DNA of 64,000 nucleotides from an uncultured Acidobacteriota bacterium (GTDB lineage Bacteria; Acidobacteriota; Thermoanaerobaculia; Multivoradales; UBA5704): NCBI GenBank assembly GCA_963700145.1, contig OY969474.1, positions 3,072,001 to 3,136,000 of the forward strand, read 5' to 3'. Shown piece by piece: positions 58,101 to 64,000 of this stretch (position 1 is its first letter; each line of letters starts with the position of its first letter). The notes under the pieces were generated by a model. It saw only the letters and a program-made list of their open reading frames with translations, ran no database searches and was not told where the DNA came from. The position numbers and the translations under genes were made by a program.

Positions 58101-58457
58101 TCGTCCGCTTCTCTGGGCTACCAGCGTCAGCAGCTCGCGCTGTTTGGAGCCGCCGGGACCATCTGCAGTGGCGAGGAGGTCACCGTCGGGCGCAAGCAGG
58201 GTGAGCGCCAAGTCCATGGCGCGCGGTTCCGCACGGATACGCAGGTAGGAGCCGGCCGGCGTCTCTACGCGGTAGGCGTGCTTTTCCCCCGGTGCGAGCT
58301 CCCGCTGGACCGGCTCTCCCAGTCGCAACTCAGGCTCGACAGCGGCGGCCGGGGAGCCCGGCGGCGCACCCGAATGGGTGGCGCAGGCGGCGGCGAGGGC
58401 GAGGAGGAGCGCCGAGAGGGGTTTGGAGACGCGGCCTTGGGCGCGTGAGACCTTCAC
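55128..58457 (-). CDS. lipoprotein with PPC-like domain, TPR repeats and CHAT (caspase-like) protease domain
   Basis: Lipobox ALAAAC, many TPRs, ERARARSLL, catalytic HFATHA and LSACESG, VVSLWSV.D and HPYYWAPF. Start taken at GTG 58457. Confidence 0.92.
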   Translation of the reverse strand: MKVSRAQGRVSKPLSALLLALAAACATHSGAPPGSPAAAVEPELRLGEPVQRELAPGEKHAYRVETPAGSYLRIRAEPRAMDLALTLLAPDGDLLATADGPGGSKQRELLTLVAQRSGRFRLIVERKDEGDNRSYAVNLEARRPALPTDEIRVRAEQLFSEAYHLQSLSTSQSKQQAISRFDESLALWEQLGDKVGQTECLNEAGLVLHSQGNEHEAIARFERAEALAKAAGHRQGEGEALNNLGLAYSRLGEPDKTLDHYHRALAIWRETSNTAEAATTLHNLGLFHNQRGEPRRALEMFEEALPLWHVAGELEGEAYTLNSLGVLDLLYLGETRLALDRLYRALTLSRAAGSLESEAYITGNLALAHRTRGEFEQALRLYGEAIAQWEAVGDSTSLGNVREALAGLHRDLGELERAADEYRKVLELYRAGGNRDFEARALTSLGWVESLSDQPQAALNHHQQALSISREIGNRRVEGMALHRTGIAQLALGDLNAALASLQECVALRREAGNRVEEASALLDLGMVQHRLGLDGPVENLEKSLELARRAENSILQASILLHWAGLDREGGRLEDARPRLEEALAIIESGRQQVLSRDLRATYFAARREYYDAYIDLLMRLGSKPSARGFAEQAFDTSERARARSLLELLAEGRIDVRRGVAPELKERERQLAAKISSTQSRLVDLLSRLNAETDETAELRRELKSALDELKEMESDIRLKHPRYAEVRYPPIATLAQVQASLESDVALLEYALGHDASYLFVLTKGEFETYRLPPAREITEEVERLRQTLVSPERRLFGPYLLSAHRLYQLLLAPAAGILNKRPKLVIVADGVLHLVPFEALVSTEPSRIEGTAAPPYLLRTHMVSYAPSASVLLSLQAEAGHAANQESTAAKSLVAFADPVASRTAKVPMLGAATYLADLPESRREVEAIAQLFASSEVDLFLGPEATEDHVKQDRSLSTARRIHFATHAFLSDVRPELSGLVLARSENSAEDGLLQVYEIFNLELDAELIVLSACESGLGRAVAGEGLIGFARAFLYAGTPSLVVSLWSVEDASTADLMIEFYRRLQQGAGVGEALRAAKLSVLGREERAHPYYWAPFVLLGEAG

Positions 58458-58483
58458 AGAAGTTTCCCGCGAATCTGTAAGGC

Positions 58484-58500
58484 AGTCTATCGCATAGACT
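58484..58500. promoter_or_regulatory. palindrome providing back-to-back TAGACT -10 elements
   Basis: AGTCTAT-CGC-ATAGACT in the 50-bp gap between the divergent CHAT and sigma genes. Confidence 0.55.
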
Positions 58501-58507
58501 TCTGTCA

Positions 58508-59113
58508 ATGCGCCCAGACGACGCGGCGGTGGTGACCGGGTTCTTGAGCGGCGACCCGGCGGCGGTGGCGACCGTCGACGGGTGGATCGCGCGGGCCGCC
58601 TGGCCGTTCCAACGGCGGCTCGGCCACCGCTGGGACGACGTCCTCCAGGACGTGCGCGTCGAGGTCACCCGGCTCTTCCAGCGCCAGGAGTTCCGCGGCG
58701 GCTCGAGCCTCAAGACCTACCTCTGGCGGGTGGTCAACCACACCTGCCTGGACCAGGTCCGCGGCCAGGGGCGCTGGCAGTGGGCCGACCTCGACGTGCT
58801 CGACCGGGGGGAGGAGGAGCTGCCGGCCGCCCAGCGGCGCCCCTCGCTCCAGTCGCAGGAGGAGTCGCGCGACCTGCTGCTGCGGGTCTGGGGGCGGATG
58901 CCCGTCGACTGCCGCGAGCTCTGGGGGATGATCGCCGCCGGCCTCTCCTACCGCGAGATGAGCGGGCGCAAGGGGGTGGCGGAGGGGACGCTGCGGGTGC
59001 GGGTGCTGCGCTGCCGGGAGAAGGCGGCGGCCCTGCGCGAGGAGCTGCGCGCCTGGCGTAACACAAGCGACAGAACTTCGCCTAAGACTGCTGGAAAGAG
59101 CGAACCCGAATGA
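58508..59113 (+). CDS. ECF RNA polymerase sigma factor
   Basis: DDVLQDV, FRGGSSLKTYLWRV..HTCLD and GLSYREM...GVAEGTLRVRV.RCR. Confidence 0.9.
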   Translation: MRPDDAAVVTGFLSGDPAAVATVDGWIARAAWPFQRRLGHRWDDVLQDVRVEVTRLFQRQEFRGGSSLKTYLWRVVNHTCLDQVRGQGRWQWADLDVLDRGEEELPAAQRRPSLQSQEESRDLLLRVWGRMPVDCRELWGMIAAGLSYREMSGRKGVAEGTLRVRVLRCREKAAALREELRAWRNTSDRTSPKTAGKSEPE

Positions 59114-60144
59114 CCTGCGAACACGCCACCGAGCTGCTCCCCTGGCTCCTCAACGGCACCCTGGAGCCGGCAGAACGGCAGGAGGTGTTGGAGCACGTCC
59201 GCAAGTGCGAGGCCTGCCGGCGCGCCCTCGACGAGGCGCGGCTGGCCCTCGCCGCGGCCGGCGCCCACCTGCCGGCGGAGGCCCTGGTGGCGGCCGCCTT
59301 CGGCGAGCCGATGCCGCCGGGGATCGATGCCGCTCTGGTCGAGGAGCACCTCGCCGCCTGCCCGCAGTGCGCGGCGGACCTCGAGCTGGCGCGGACGAGC
59401 CACGCCCTGGCCGACGAGGAGGTCCTCCTCTTCCCGCGCACCGCGCCCCCGGCCGCGGTCCCGGCGCGGCAGGCCGCCCCCGCCGGCCGCTGGCGGGCCG
59501 CGGCGCTGGCCGCCGGGCTCGCGGCCGTGCTCTTCGCCGGCGGCTGGCTCACCAACCGCCAGGCGCTCGACCGGATGGAGGAGCGGCTGGCCGGCCGCAC
59601 CGCGCCGCCGGCCCCGGCCGCGCCGGGAGGCGGCCCGGAGGAAGACCGCACCGCCGGGCTGGCCGAAGAGAACCGTCGCCTGCGCGACGAGGCCGCCGCC
59701 CGCGCGGCGGGGGAGCAGGCCGCGCGCGAAGAGGCCGATGGCCTCCGCCAGGAGCTCGCCCGGCGCGAGGCGCCTGCGGGCGGCGGCGCCGCCCCGCAGC
59801 TCAACCCGGTGATCGCCGACCTCTTCCCGCCCGGCGGGGACGTGGTGCGCGGCGGCGGCGAGACCGGCACCACGATCGAGCTGCCGGCGGGCGCCGGCGG
59901 CGCGACGCTCATCCTCAACACCCGCGGGCCCTCCGCCTTCCGCGAGCACGCCGTCGAGCTGCGCGACGCCGCCGGCAAGCCGGTGTGGAGCGCGCGCGGC
60001 CTCGTGACACAGCCGGACGAGGGACCTTTCCACCTCCACCTGCCCCGCCAGGTGCTCGCCCCCGGCACTTACACGCTCGAGGTCTTCGGCCTCGACGGCG
60101 CGCGGCGCGAGAAGGTGCAGACCTACAGGTTCACGATCCGCTAG
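59110..60144 (+). CDS. anti-sigma factor with two zf-HC2 motifs, a TM segment and an extracytoplasmic domain
   Basis: HVRKCEAC, HLAACPQC, TM AALAAGLAAVLFAGGWL, coiled coil and a beta-rich C-terminus. ATGA overlap with the sigma gene. Confidence 0.85.
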   Translation: MTCEHATELLPWLLNGTLEPAERQEVLEHVRKCEACRRALDEARLALAAAGAHLPAEALVAAAFGEPMPPGIDAALVEEHLAACPQCAADLELARTSHALADEEVLLFPRTAPPAAVPARQAAPAGRWRAAALAAGLAAVLFAGGWLTNRQALDRMEERLAGRTAPPAPAAPGGGPEEDRTAGLAEENRRLRDEAAARAAGEQAAREEADGLRQELARREAPAGGGAAPQLNPVIADLFPPGGDVVRGGGETGTTIELPAGAGGATLILNTRGPSAFREHAVELRDAAGKPVWSARGLVTQPDEGPFHLHLPRQVLAPGTYTLEVFGLDGARREKVQTYRFTIR

Positions 60145-60167
60145 CGCCCGGCCTACGTGCCGGGCTT

Positions 60168-64000
<3,833 letters not shown>

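Overview
High-GC bacterial chromosome segment. Gene content and protein families suggest Acidobacteriota, probably Thermoanaerobaculia (inference). Backbone regions (about 1-23.8 kb, 38.7-54.4 kb and 60-64 kb) carry rlmN, tatA, cpoB, bamD, rpe, nfo, rseP-cdsA-uppS, truA, uvrD/pcrA, gdh, pfk and two gap paralogs. Several genes between 9.6 and 20.6 kb are frameshifted in a pattern typical of long-read consensus errors. Two accessory regions stand out. (1) About 23.8-38.7 kb holds a DprA+PRTase defence-like pair bracketed by two copies of a symE 3' segment, a low-GC secreted protease, a TIGR04141-like gene flanked by short direct repeats, and a module with an XRE regulator, two Zn-finger-like/TPR proteins, a secreted peptide ending in CIDPSGAPC, a phased array of twelve 21-bp units with palindromic cores, and a terminal amidase. 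(2) About 54.4-60.1 kb holds a lipoprotein TPR-CHAT (caspase-like) protease followed by two small proteins with a repeated GGxGGx[IV]xVxP motif, divergent from an ECF sigma and a double zf-HC2 anti-sigma. No rRNA, tRNA, CRISPR array, integrase or transposase was recognised. All family calls come from motif recognition by eye, not database searches.
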